Assembly (NCBI GenBank): GCA_963665665.1
Contig: OY762428.1
Coordinates: 2,432,001 to 2,496,000 of the forward strand
Source: Candidatus Kapaibacterium sp.
Lineage (GTDB): Bacteria; Bacteroidota; Ignavibacteria; Kapaibacteriales; UBA2268
Direction of reading: 5' to 3'
DNA: 64,000 nt
The notes under the pieces: model-generated
Database searches by the model: none
What the model saw: the letters and a program-made list of their open reading frames with translations, nothing else
What the model was told of the DNA's origin: nothing
Part shown: positions 50,550-61,041 of the stretch, piece by piece
Position numbering within the stretch: position 1 is the stretch's first letter
Layout: each line of letters begins with the position of its first letter
Position numbers and translations under genes: made by a program

Positions 50550-50672
50550 TAACAATTCCCTGCCAAAAAATACCGAAGCGATGTGGCCTTACCTGTAACT
50601 ATCAGTGCGTCCGGCAGGAAATATTCTGCATCTTTGGCAGTATCGGCAATATCCACCCCGGCCAGCGGTGGA
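50550..50672 (-). pseudogene. BtpA/SgcQ-family gene fragment
   Basis: Minus-strand frame reads AGVDIADTAKDAEYFLPDALIVTGKATS then degenerates; no full ORF. Confidence 0.45.
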
Positions 50673-51114
50673 CAGGTGATTAAACCGTTGGGTCAACCCT
50701 TGTGGTTGCCCGAAAAAGAATCCATCTTTGTTCGCAGATAATGTGTGAAGAATCCACCCCGTCCTTCGGGTACCCCTCAAGAGGGGAAGTTTTATAAAAT
50801 CAGCCATCCAGAAAGCGGCGTAGCCGCGACATTTTTGTAGAAAATCGATCCCGGGATTAACAACAGCCCCGTCGGGGCGGCATTTATATATCAGATGTCG
50901 CTCCTACGGAGCTTTTTCCCTCCTTCCGAAGGATCTGGCCGGGTGGAGATAGGAAGGGGCAGAAGCAAAGAACCAATGTTTGATGATATTGCTGCCTTGG
51001 TCCAAATCAAAGAAATAAAACCTCCCCTGTATTCCCCTCCTCCGCGAGGAGGGGATAAGAAATTAAATATCATAGAATTAACTCCCCCTCCTTCTGAAGG
51101 AGGGGGCCGGGGGG

Positions 51115-52470
51115 CATAAGCGCTAACTTAAAGAAAACAAGTAATTCATACTACTTTGCCTTTTTCGATGTCCTTCTTTTAGGCAATTAGAAACATCATC
51201 CCAGTTGTTAATACATTGATACAAAGTAATACCGGGACTGATGATTTTCAATAAAATATCTTTAACAAATACATTTTCACGCCATTGTGATGTACTCCTT
51301 TTATCATTCTCTTTTATTAAACCTGTAGCCCCAGGGGGAAAAACGCTCACCTTCATCGATAATAGCCTGAGTAAGGAGAGCTGTGATCATCTTAGCATAA
51401 AGCCACGCTCGTGCAGAGTTTTTATCTTTTTTTGGTAAATGCCCCAAGCCAAATTGACTTTTTAGTTTTTTAAATGAAATTTCAACCTGCCATCTCATTC
51501 TATATAATTCTAAGATATTATTAGAAGATATATCATTAATCAAAGAAGTCACCAAAACAATATAATCATTAAGTCCTAAAGCTGTAGAACTGATTGTCTG
51601 TTGTTTTCTAGCAAAATTCTTTTTTGCTTTCTTTCTGGATAACTCAGCTTGCTCCTTGCTTTTTTTGATAGCACATATACGTACAGGAATCTTTTTATTT
51701 TTTGAGGAGGAGGAGGAAATATAAAATATTTTGTCAAATATTTGATCTAACTTTAAACTTTTTAATTCTTTAATAATATCAACTTTATCATTTTTACTAT
51801 TATATATTGTAAAACCTTTATGCTTATATCTGACAACAAAATTTGCTTTCTTTCCGAGAATTTCTGAAATACCCTTATAACTGCAATATGCTCTGTCAAT
51901 TAAAAAAAGATCAGAAGAGTTAATTTTGAAATTAGATATAGACTCACCGACTTTTGGGCTGGTAATAATAAATTCGTCACACTTGAGGTTGAACAGATTA
52001 TGGCTGTAATGAAGTCTCCAGTCAGTACCTGTTGACCCCGGCTCAGTAACAACAGACGCATCGATACATCTTACATTGAAATCCGACAGCCATTCTGGGG
52101 AATCTAATGATATCCCCCTATTATGAATCAATCCTAATGCAATCCAGCGAAGCCAATCAGCAGACGTCCTCATTTTTTTTAATAACGCAACATCTGATAT
52201 ATCTATATTTCTTTCATATTTAAGCTTAGTAGCAACCACCCTCATAGAATGCCCCGTTGCTACATGCATAAGTATTGCTCGAAGTTGCTCAGAAGGTGAA
52301 TCAAATGCCCTGCGACGTTGGAAAGCCTGGAGTTCTTTAGCCTTTAATTCCCATCCCAAAGGAAGTAAGGTTGTAACTACATCCCATTCTTCTATATGCT
52401 TGTTGTACTTTTCCATTTACAAATATAAAAAAATTATATATAAAAATCAAACACTAAGTTAGCGCTTATG
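51115..52470 (-). mobile_element. Complete IS4-family element
   Basis: Perfect 16-bp terminal inverted repeats CATAAGCGCTAACTTA; 11-bp target duplication GGGCCGGGGGG at 51104-51114 and 52471-52481. Confidence 0.95.
51304..52416 (-). CDS. IS4-family DDE transposase
   Basis: IDAS, IDRAY, YRMRWQVEISFKKLK (YREK signature). Confidence 0.92.
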   Translation of the reverse strand: MEKYNKHIEEWDVVTTLLPLGWELKAKELQAFQRRRAFDSPSEQLRAILMHVATGHSMRVVATKLKYERNIDISDVALLKKMRTSADWLRWIALGLIHNRGISLDSPEWLSDFNVRCIDASVVTEPGSTGTDWRLHYSHNLFNLKCDEFIITSPKVGESISNFKINSSDLFLIDRAYCSYKGISEILGKKANFVVRYKHKGFTIYNSKNDKVDIIKELKSLKLDQIFDKIFYISSSSSKNKKIPVRICAIKKSKEQAELSRKKAKKNFARKQQTISSTALGLNDYIVLVTSLINDISSNNILELYRMRWQVEISFKKLKSQFGLGHLPKKDKNSARAWLYAKMITALLTQAIIDEGERFSPWGYRFNKRE

Positions 52471-54337
52471 GGGCCGGGGGGAGGTAGGAAAGGTCGAAAG
52501 CAAAGCACCAATGTTCTAAGTCATTGCAGCCTTGTTCTAAGTCATTGCTGCCTTGTTTGGAGTCATTGCCGCCTTGGTCGGAGTCATTGCTGCCTTGGTC
52601 GAAGTCATTGATGCCTTGGTCGAAGTCATTGATGCCTTGGTCGAAGTCATTGCTGCCTTGGTCGAAGTCATTGCTGCCTTGTTTGGAGTTATTGCTGCCT
52701 TGTTTGAAGCTATTGATGCTTTGGTCGAAGTCATTGCTGCCATGTTCAGAAGCATCGCACCAATGGTTGACGCTATTGCTGCCTTGGTCAGAGGAAAAAC
52801 ACCAATGGTTGACGCTATTGCAGCAATGTTTTGCTTTATTGATGCCTTGTTCGGAGTTATTGCAGCCTTGTTCGGAGTCATTGCAGCCTTGTTTGGAGTC
52901 ATTGCCACCTTGGTCGGAGTCATTGATGCTTTGGTCGAAGTCATTGCAGCCTTGTTCGGAGTCATTGCCGCCTTGGTCGGAGTCATTGATGCTTTGGTCG
53001 AAGTCATTGCTGCCTTGTTTTGGGGTAATGATTGCTTGTGTAGCGTTGGAATCCGGAATATTTAACTAATTGTATTATTTATAATATTTGTATAATAAAA
53101 TATATGCTCAAAATCAGTAAATATTTAAGTGTTTGTAGTAAATATATTTATCAGATTATTAAATAATCATATAGATTTACAATATTAATAATATAACTAA
53201 TCAAATAAATAATTCAGACAAGTCATTAATCACTGTTTCTTATAAATTCTTCTTCTTCTTTTATAAAATATTTTATGTATCCAAGAATATATTTTATTGT
53301 CCTAACAAATTAGATATACTGATTAATTAATAGGTTAATACTTATATTTAATAGTTTATAAAATTAATTTAATAAATCATATCAATTATTTAATTATATG
53401 TATAAGATATTTAGTTATTTATATAAAAAGTTTTGTTAGATGAACTATATCAAGGCTTGGATATATTATATAAATTATTATAAATACTATATATTTAATA
53501 TAAATAGTATAATATTTAGTATTTTAGATTGAATATTTGATTATCAGTTCTATCTATAGACTATTCTCATCTCTATCTTTGGGATTTCAATGCCAAACAA
53601 GCAAGCAATGAAGCGGAACAAGCAAGCAATGAGGCGGAACAAGACCTCATTGAAGCCAAACAAGCAAGCAATAAGGCCAAACAAGTGAGCAATGAAGCCA
53701 AACAAGACATCAGTAATGCGGAACAAGTGAGCAATGAAGCAGAACAAGACATCAGTAATGTGGAAAAAGTGAGCAATGAAGCCAAACAAGACATCAGTAA
53801 TGCGGAACAAGTGAGCAATGAAGCCGGACAAGTGAGCAATGAAGCAGAACAAGACATCAGTAAGGCCAAATTTCACTACATTAAGGCCAAAGAATGCTTC
53901 AATACCTCCGGCCAAGACAGTTTAAAGGCCTGCCAACAAATCAATTAGCCCAAACATCATGGTTTTAATTATAAACAGCGTTGAATTAAGGAAATTATCC
54001 GATTCATTGAAACCAGAGGATGGGGAATTAAGGCCGGCGGCCTGTTCATTGGGGTGGAAGAACGGGTAAACTGAGCAAAAGAATGAGGTGATATGTTGTC
54101 ATTCCCCGACACGTCGGGGCAGGCTTCCGGAGCTTGCGACTGAAGAATCCATCTTTCTTAGTAGCTGATGCATAAAGAATGGGTCCTTCGCTGGCGCTCA
54201 GGATGACCTCCCGGCCTGTCATCGTCAAATTCAATAGCCACGTGCTCTATCTCGTGGGTATTATATGAGACATATATTTTGATAAGTAGAAATTCGGCGC
54301 GAGCAGCTAAAGGAGGAGAAAATTAAGGCAAAATCGA

Positions 54338-55471
54338 TTATAAGGCGAGAATATAATTATAAAATTCCATCACATTTTCGGCATGGCGGCGGATGTCGAA
54401 AACTTCCACGGCGCGCTTTCTGCCATTTTCAGATAGATTTGCAGCCATATCTGGATCATTCATCAGCCCGATAATTGTATCGGCAATTGATTCGGGGGAT
54501 TTTTCCGGTATTAGAATACCGGATTTTTCATCCACTGCTTCCCGTACCCCTGATATATCTGTTCCAATGGCAACCGCCCCGCAGGCCATTGCTTCAAACA
54601 TTACCCGGCCCATTCCTTCGGTTCCCTCGTGGGACGGAAGGATAAGCGCGTCGGCAGCCTGCATCCATTCCTGAATATTTGTTTGCGGTGGGAGTATTTT
54701 AATAATATTTGAAGTATTGTATTCTTTGATCTTTAATTGAAGCTTTTCAAAAACCTTCGTATCACTAACCTGGCCGGCCATAATTATCAAGGGCGGAGTT
54801 GATATGTTTTCTTTTATAATACGTGCAGCTTCCGCAATATCCAGTATTCCCTTGCCTTCTTTCATTTGTCCGGCAAAAAGCAGTATAAACCTGTCCTTTG
54901 GAAGGTCAATTTTTTTTCTTAATTCTGCCCTTTCTTCAACAGGTTTGAAAATATCAGTATTAACGCCGTTGAAAATTGTACGGTATTTTTTTGCGAATTC
55001 AGCACTGCCTGAAAATCTCTGTTTGACTCCGTCCGATATGCCGATTATTCCGTCGGCAAGTTTTTCAATTTTCGCGTCTATTCTCTTCTTTAGGGTAAGC
55101 CGCACATGCCATATCATTTTGGCTTTGGTTTTGTTCTTTGCATGGCCGCAAAGGTAGGCGTCGCGCTCAAAATCCGGGTGGATAATGTCAATATCATTAT
55201 CGCGGATAATATTTCTGACTGCTCTCAGGTTCCTGAGATATTTAAAAACATTCTTTGGTTTCAGGCTTGTGAACGGCACATAGAAACATTTGCAGCCCAA
55301 CGATTTCAGGTGTTCCGAAAGTTCTCCGGGTTGCGGCATTATTGCAAAAGGCCGGAATTTTTCGCGGTCAAGGTTTTCAATAAGCGCGGACATGCTTTTC
55401 TGCCCGCCCATTTTAAGAGTTGAAAAATGGCTTACGTAAGAAACATTGACAATATTTTTTTTATTTCCCAT
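54338..55471 (-). CDS. Glycosyltransferase family 4
   Basis: GGQKS, NGVNTDIF, EGMGRVMFEAMACG. Confidence 0.9.
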   Translation of the reverse strand: MGNKKNIVNVSYVSHFSTLKMGGQKSMSALIENLDREKFRPFAIMPQPGELSEHLKSLGCKCFYVPFTSLKPKNVFKYLRNLRAVRNIIRDNDIDIIHPDFERDAYLCGHAKNKTKAKMIWHVRLTLKKRIDAKIEKLADGIIGISDGVKQRFSGSAEFAKKYRTIFNGVNTDIFKPVEERAELRKKIDLPKDRFILLFAGQMKEGKGILDIAEAARIIKENISTPPLIIMAGQVSDTKVFEKLQLKIKEYNTSNIIKILPPQTNIQEWMQAADALILPSHEGTEGMGRVMFEAMACGAVAIGTDISGVREAVDEKSGILIPEKSPESIADTIIGLMNDPDMAANLSENGRKRAVEVFDIRRHAENVMEFYNYILAL

Positions 55472-56585
55472 CAGTTCCGAGAATTTCCTGGTAGTAATCC
55501 ATTATATTTTGCGCATGAACTCTTACGTCATAGAGTTTCATTGCCCTGTTGTAGCCTGCGTCGGCAATCCGGCGGTAATATTGATTATCTTCCATAAGCC
55601 GTATCAGCGCATCTGCAAGTTCCACGGGATTCTTTTCAGGAACCAAAATGCCGGAATTATCTTCAATTGCTTCGCGAACTCCCATTGTATCAGAGCCTAT
55701 GGCTGCAATTCCGCAGGCCATAGCTTCCTGGAGAACTCGCCCCATCCCTTCAGCGCCGTCGTGGGAGGGAAGCGCCAGCGCGTCGGCGGCCTGCATCCAT
55801 TCGTGGATATTATTCTGCTGCGGAAGTATTTTTACTCTGTCGTTAAGTCCGTGTTCGGATATTTTATTTTTTAAAAGACTTATATGTTCGTCATTTCTTG
55901 GTTTACCGACAAACAGTACAAAAGGTGTTTTTTTATCCTGAGAGTTCATTTTTCCGAGGGCTTCGGCAATATCAATAATGCCCTTTTCAATTTTTATCTG
56001 TCCGGCAAAAAGCAGGATAAAATTGTTGATTGGCAAATTGAGTTTTTTCCTTAGCTCCTTCTTATCTTCAGCAGGTTTGAACAGAGCCGTATCAACGCCG
56101 TTGTATATTACTTTGAAATAATCCATTTCTCTGTCTGTCAGCCTTTGTGCTGTATCGCGGCTGATTCCAATAAATGCGTGGGGTATTTTCCTGTTGATGA
56201 AATCCATAGGCCTGGCTCCAGCCACCCGTATATGCCATATAATTTTCGCTTTGGTTTTATTTTTAATAAATCCGCATGTAATCAGGTCGCGGTCGTGATC
56301 CATGTGCATAATGTCAATATCATTTTCATTGCACAGCTCATTTATCCGGAAAGCCCTGCGCCTGATCTTAACAAAATTTTTTGGTTTAATACCATGTTTT
56401 GGTAAAATATGAACCTTACAGCCAAGCTCACGGGCCTTAGCCGAAAGTTCAGCTTCCTTGGGGGCAAGTACATGAGGAACAACCAGGTCGCGATTCAGGT
56501 GTTGGATCAATGTCATCATTGACCTTTGGCCGCCCATTCTCAGGTGGTCGTAATTGCTTACATAAAGAACATTAATCTTTCTCAT
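55461..56585 (-). CDS. Glycosyltransferase family 4 (tandem paralog)
   Basis: GGQRS, YNGVD, EGMGRVLQEAMACG. Confidence 0.9.
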   Translation of the reverse strand: MRKINVLYVSNYDHLRMGGQRSMMTLIQHLNRDLVVPHVLAPKEAELSAKARELGCKVHILPKHGIKPKNFVKIRRRAFRINELCNENDIDIMHMDHDRDLITCGFIKNKTKAKIIWHIRVAGARPMDFINRKIPHAFIGISRDTAQRLTDREMDYFKVIYNGVDTALFKPAEDKKELRKKLNLPINNFILLFAGQIKIEKGIIDIAEALGKMNSQDKKTPFVLFVGKPRNDEHISLLKNKISEHGLNDRVKILPQQNNIHEWMQAADALALPSHDGAEGMGRVLQEAMACGIAAIGSDTMGVREAIEDNSGILVPEKNPVELADALIRLMEDNQYYRRIADAGYNRAMKLYDVRVHAQNIMDYYQEILGTDGK

Positions 56586-57357
56586 CAGGAAGCCCTTTAT
56601 TGTTTTTCAGCCCCATCTCAAACAGGAATGCATATTTTAGAAATGTATAGAAAACCGAGCTTGCAGCTGCCAGGAATCCCCTTGCCCCGTCAAGGAAAGC
56701 TTTGCGAATGAAGAAAGAACGTATAAAAGCTATAAACGGGTTAGCTATTATATCGCACAGCCCTGCGTCGCGGCCTTTTTGCTGGTAATCCTCGGCGCGG
56801 AGTTTTGCATATTTTATTGTTCTTTGGAAATGATCCTGCAGGTTCCTATAAGAATAATGTATCAGATCGCCTTTGAGTACTGCTTTTTCTCCATGGACTT
56901 CCAGTTTTTCATGTACTTTCGATCCCGTCCATCGGGGCATAGCTGATTTATGCACAAGCCTGAGCTGCCGGTCGGGCTGCCAGGCATGGTTCAGTATTTT
57001 CCCGAGATAACTTGTTTTCCTGCTGAGGTAGTAGGATTGAATTTTATCGCTGTCAATTGCCTTTTTTATCGAGAAGCGTAGCTCCGGGCTTAGTATCTCG
57101 TCGCAGTCAAGAAATAAAATCCACTGGCCTGTACATTTTTCCAAGGCCGAGTTTTTCTGGGCAGCATAACCTTTCCATTCTTCTTCGAAAACATTTGCGC
57201 CGAGTGATGAAGCTATTTCTATTGTTTTATCAGTCGATCCTGAATCAACAATAATTATTTCGTCGGCAACAGGCAATGCGCTCTCTATCATATCCCCGAT
57301 AATGTGTTCTTCATTTCGGGATATTACCGCTACGGAAAGTTTTATTTGGTCTGACAT
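56572..57357 (-). CDS. Glycosyltransferase family 2 (LPS beta-1,4-glucosyltransferase-like)
   Basis: VDSGSTDKT, WKGYAAQKN, LDCDE, VHE, FLDG. Confidence 0.88.
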   Translation of the reverse strand: MSDQIKLSVAVISRNEEHIIGDMIESALPVADEIIIVDSGSTDKTIEIASSLGANVFEEEWKGYAAQKNSALEKCTGQWILFLDCDEILSPELRFSIKKAIDSDKIQSYYLSRKTSYLGKILNHAWQPDRQLRLVHKSAMPRWTGSKVHEKLEVHGEKAVLKGDLIHYSYRNLQDHFQRTIKYAKLRAEDYQQKGRDAGLCDIIANPFIAFIRSFFIRKAFLDGARGFLAAASSVFYTFLKYAFLFEMGLKNNKGLPDEKD

Positions 57358-57465
57358 TTAAGCGCCTGATAAAAAAGAATGAAAATAAAAAAAACGGCGG
57401 GCAAATAAAAACTATTATTTGCCGCCGTATAGATTCTTTTACAAAAGATTGCAGGGAAAAAGCTA

Positions 57466-57846
57466 TTAGCTGATTTTTGCCCTGATTTTCTTCTCGGACA
57501 TGCCTCGAAGATAATAAAGTTTTGCACGCCTTACGTTACCGTTGCGAACAACAGTAATGCTCTGGAGCATTGGCGAGAATACAGGGAAAATCCTTTCAAC
57601 GCCGATGCCAGCCGAAACTTTACGAACTAAGAATGAAGCGTTGATACCGGAACCGCGGCGTTTAATTACGATGCCTTTGAAGTTCTGGATACGTTCTTTT
57701 TCACCTTCAACTACTCTTACGGCCACGATTACTGTATCGCCGGGTTTGAAATCCGGTACTTCAACATAATTATCGCCGTCTTTTTCCTGCCGGGCGCCAA
57801 TTGCCCTTTCTTTAGCCATTGTATTTACTAAGTCAATCTGATTCAT
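57466..57846 (-). CDS. rplS: 50S ribosomal protein L19
   Basis: [34 protein letters not shown]. Confidence 0.97.
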   Translation of the reverse strand: MNQIDLVNTMAKERAIGARQEKDGDNYVEVPDFKPGDTVIVAVRVVEGEKERIQNFKGIVIKRRGSGINASFLVRKVSAGIGVERIFPVFSPMLQSITVVRNGNVRRAKLYYLRGMSEKKIRAKIS

Positions 57847-58011
57847 TACTTTCGCTCCTTTAAAAAATCACGAGCAACAAAATTAAACTTATTATTCTTA
57901 AATTCCAAATTATATTTTTCCATATTTGGATTTTTTTCTGTTTTTGGTAAATGCCAACATTATTTCTCAGGATAATGATTTATCATAGGCTGTGCAGAAT
58001 AATTGAATTTT

Positions 58012-60156
58012 CTACATTCTACAGATTATCCTGCAATGTTTTGTCCCGTCTTTATCAGTTTTCCAAACCTGTTTTCTTACAAATCCTTTGCCCGAGACTG
58101 AATATTTAATACCGCATTCGGTTAATATTTGTATTGCCCTTCTTAAACTTAAGCCTTTCAGGCCAGGTTTTTCAATTGCCGGAATATTTTTTCCGCTTAC
58201 CGAATCTGTTTTAAATTTAAGTATTCTGACAGAGACTGATCTGCCTTTTGTTAAAATTTCATCCGGAGCCGGCATCTGGTAAAGTATCAGGCTTTCCGGT
58301 GATTGTTTCGGTGTTATCTTCAACCCCGTTTCATCAAGTAATTTTTCTGCAACAGAGAATTTCAGGCCTCTAAGGTCAGGGGTTCTTATCGTGTCTGTTT
58401 TGGCCTGGTCAGATTGAAATGCATTGCCTGCAAACTCCGGTGCTACAGCAATCCAGCGCATGGTAATATTTCTGAAAATCGGTGCTGCCGACGAGCCTCC
58501 GTAATAATTTGCACGTGGTTTGTCCAGTAGGACTATCATTGCAATTTTTGGATTATCAGCCGGAAAAATTCCCACGAATGATGCCGTGTAGTTTTTTCTG
58601 GTATAGCTCCCGTCTGTCAGCTGTTGGGCGGTGCCGGTTTTACCTGCAATTGGGACACCGTTAATAATGGCATTTTTGCCAGTTCCCTCGTTTACAACGT
58701 CAGTTAATATTTTTAGTAAAGCATTCGATGTTTTTTCCGATACTACCCGCCTTACTTTTTCGGGATTTATTTGGGTGATTGTTTCTCCATCACTGTCAGT
58801 AATTTTTTCAATAACATAAGGTTTCATCATTTCTCCACCGTTAGCTATGGTTGCATAGGAGTTTAATATCTGCAGGGCGGTTGCTGAGATCCCATAGCCG
58901 TGTCCGATGAATCTTTTGGTTGAAGGATACCATTTAGCAGGCTTTCGGACGCTGCCGGAAACCTCGCCCGGTATATCAACATCATGCTTCAGTCCAAACC
59001 CAAAATCACGAATATACTTATAGAAAGTATGAGCAGGTATTGAGTTGGCAATTTCAGCCATAACAATATTGCTTGAATGTATCATGGCATCCTCGAATGT
59101 CAGGTAGGACATCGGGTGGTCATCTCTTATTGAATATTCCTTAAATTTTAACAGGCCGTTGTATGCATTGAAAATCTGCCCCTGCCGAACAATTTTTTCC
59201 TGCATTGCAGCTGCTGCTGTAACAAGTTTGAAAGTGGAACCCGGTTCATACGTATCGGTTATCCCCCTGTTCCGCATAACTCCGGATTGATTTTTGGAAT
59301 ATGTATTAGGATTAAAACCGGGAGTTGAAGCTATAGCAAGAATTTTCCCGGTAGATGGTTCAATTGCAATGCCAATGGCAGCTTCGGCATCATATTTTTT
59401 AAATCCCTCTGATAATTCATATTCCATTATCCTTTGCAGGTTGAAGTCGATCGTAAGATGTAAATTGCTTCCGTGACGTGCAGGAATTACCGGCAATTCC
59501 GCCGAAGGACGCAGGCGGCCGAGTGCATCGCGGTACATTATCATATATCCGCTTCTGCCTTTAAGGGTTGTATCGCAGCTCTTTTCAATACCGCTAATTC
59601 CGATATTGTCAATATCAGTATATCCGAGTAGCTGGGCGCCCACTTCGCCGTAATGATAATTCCTTCTGGGTTCTTCTATTAATATAATACCACGTGAATC
59701 AATTTCCTCCAGTATTTCAATTGTGTTTCCGGGCAATCCTCTTTCCAGCCATACAAATGCTTTTTTTGATCTTTTTATCTTTTTAAGATAAAAATTTTTA
59801 GATTTGCCGCTGATCTTTGAAAGTTCTGCCACGAGCTTCCATCTTTTTTTTCGGTCTTCTTTCTGGTTTAGAATCCTCGGATCGGCTGCAACTGAGATGC
59901 TCCGGACATTCGAGGCAAGCAGAACTCCCTGCCTGTCGTAGATAAAACCTCTTTCGGCACTTAATTCAACCCGTGATTCGTGCTGGCGTTTGGCTTTTTT
60001 TCGGTAATCATCGGCTTTGATTACCTGCAGATAAAATAATTTAACAAATACAAGTATCAGGCCGATACCAACTATGGCCATTACGGTAAGAAATTTCCAA
60101 AATTTCTCTTTTTGGGGGCTGTTGCTGCCCGGAGTGTAAAATTCTTCTTCCTGCAT
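58012..60156 (-). CDS. Class B penicillin-binding protein (FtsI-like) with PASTA domain(s)
   Basis: N-terminal TM, RGFIYDR, EPGSTFK, SSN, GKTGTAQ, C-terminal PDLRGL/PGLKGL repeats. Confidence 0.88.
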   Translation of the reverse strand: MQEEEFYTPGSNSPQKEKFWKFLTVMAIVGIGLILVFVKLFYLQVIKADDYRKKAKRQHESRVELSAERGFIYDRQGVLLASNVRSISVAADPRILNQKEDRKKRWKLVAELSKISGKSKNFYLKKIKRSKKAFVWLERGLPGNTIEILEEIDSRGIILIEEPRRNYHYGEVGAQLLGYTDIDNIGISGIEKSCDTTLKGRSGYMIMYRDALGRLRPSAELPVIPARHGSNLHLTIDFNLQRIMEYELSEGFKKYDAEAAIGIAIEPSTGKILAIASTPGFNPNTYSKNQSGVMRNRGITDTYEPGSTFKLVTAAAAMQEKIVRQGQIFNAYNGLLKFKEYSIRDDHPMSYLTFEDAMIHSSNIVMAEIANSIPAHTFYKYIRDFGFGLKHDVDIPGEVSGSVRKPAKWYPSTKRFIGHGYGISATALQILNSYATIANGGEMMKPYVIEKITDSDGETITQINPEKVRRVVSEKTSNALLKILTDVVNEGTGKNAIINGVPIAGKTGTAQQLTDGSYTRKNYTASFVGIFPADNPKIAMIVLLDKPRANYYGGSSAAPIFRNITMRWIAVAPEFAGNAFQSDQAKTDTIRTPDLRGLKFSVAEKLLDETGLKITPKQSPESLILYQMPAPDEILTKGRSVSVRILKFKTDSVSGKNIPAIEKPGLKGLSLRRAIQILTECGIKYSVSGKGFVRKQVWKTDKDGTKHCRIICRM

Positions 60157-60545
60157 TTTCTTCTTGCTGCTTAATAATAATACCGAGACGAATTAAAAAT
60201 GAAATTCCCCAATTCATAACGCCTCAATATTAAAAATATGAAATTCAATTGAATTGACAAATAATATAATCAGTTTATATACATAATTTTGTATATTGAA
60301 AATATCAGTGTCGTTGGATTTATACTGTCTTAATTTAAAAAATATTCGATACGGAAAATACGAGGGTAGAAAAAATTTCAAAAAAATAAAAAAAAGTATT
60401 GGATTGTATTAAAAATGTCTTATCTTTGTATTCGTTTTGTTTCGACAACATAGAAACAGTGCTGTCAAACAAAGGAGATCGAAAAAAGATCGTTCGTACT
60501 TTGAAAAGCACAAGTCTTGAAAAATTATAAAAAGCTTTTGCAAAA

Positions 60546-60568
60546 TTGAAAATAAATTTCTAATTTTG
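60546..60568 (+). promoter_or_regulatory. Bacteroidota-type sigma-A promoter (-7 TAnnTTTG) for the tRNA operon
   Basis: TTG...TAATTTTG just upstream of tRNA-Tyr; a second TATCTTTG at 60421. Confidence 0.55.
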
Positions 60569-60581
60569 CACGCTCAAAACC

Positions 60582-60668
60582 GGGTAGGTACCGAAGCGGT
60601 CAAACGGGGCAGACTGTAAATCTGCTGGGCTACGCCCTACGGAGGTTCGAATCCTTCCCTGCCCACCA
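60582..60668 (+). tRNA. tRNA-Tyr(GTA)
   Basis: gcaga-ctgtaaa-tctgc anticodon arm, long variable arm, GGTTCGAATCC, encoded CCA. Confidence 0.95.
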
Positions 60669-60676
60669 AATTTTGC

Positions 60677-60749
60677 GCGGGAGTAGCTCAGTTGGTAGAG
60701 CATCAGCCTTCCAAGCTGAGGGTCGCGGGTTCGAGTCTCGTCTCCCGCT
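60677..60749 (+). tRNA. tRNA-Gly(TCC)
   Basis: GCGGGAG acceptor, tcagc-cttccaa-gctga. Confidence 0.95.
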
Positions 60750-60861
60750 CAAACTATAATATCAGGACTTGGCGCCGGCTCGCTTGAGCAGGGACGCGTC
60801 GAAAATTATCGGCAAACACACACTAAGAAAATAGTGGGTTTGCTTTTTTGCTTTTTCATTC

Positions 60862-60934
60862 GCGGGAATAGCTCAGTTGGTAGAGCATCAGCTTCCCAAG
60901 CTGAGGGCCGCGGGTTCGAGTCCCGTTTCCCGCT
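60862..60934 (+). tRNA. tRNA-Gly(CCC)
   Basis: GCGGGAA acceptor, tcagc-ttcccaa-gctga. Confidence 0.95.
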
Positions 60935-60950
60935 CTGGTCGGTGACAAAT

Positions 60951-61022
60951 GCTGATGTAGCTCAGTGGTAGAGCACGTCCTTGGTAAGGACGAGGTCACG
61001 GGTTCAAGTCCCGTCATCAGCT
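60951..61022 (+). tRNA. tRNA-Thr(GGT)
   Basis: GCTGATG acceptor, gtcc-ttggtaa-ggac. Confidence 0.95.
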
Positions 61023-61041
61023 CTATTGTGAGAATCAATAC

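Larger units (their letters stand above)
50812..54207. repeat. Composite element copy 2 (inverted relative to copy 1): REP flank, IS4 insertion, 21-bp array 52513-53035, AT-rich core, 21-bp array 53596-53890, conserved flank, REP
   Basis: Reverse-complement identity to both flanks of 32490-33726. Confidence 0.85.
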
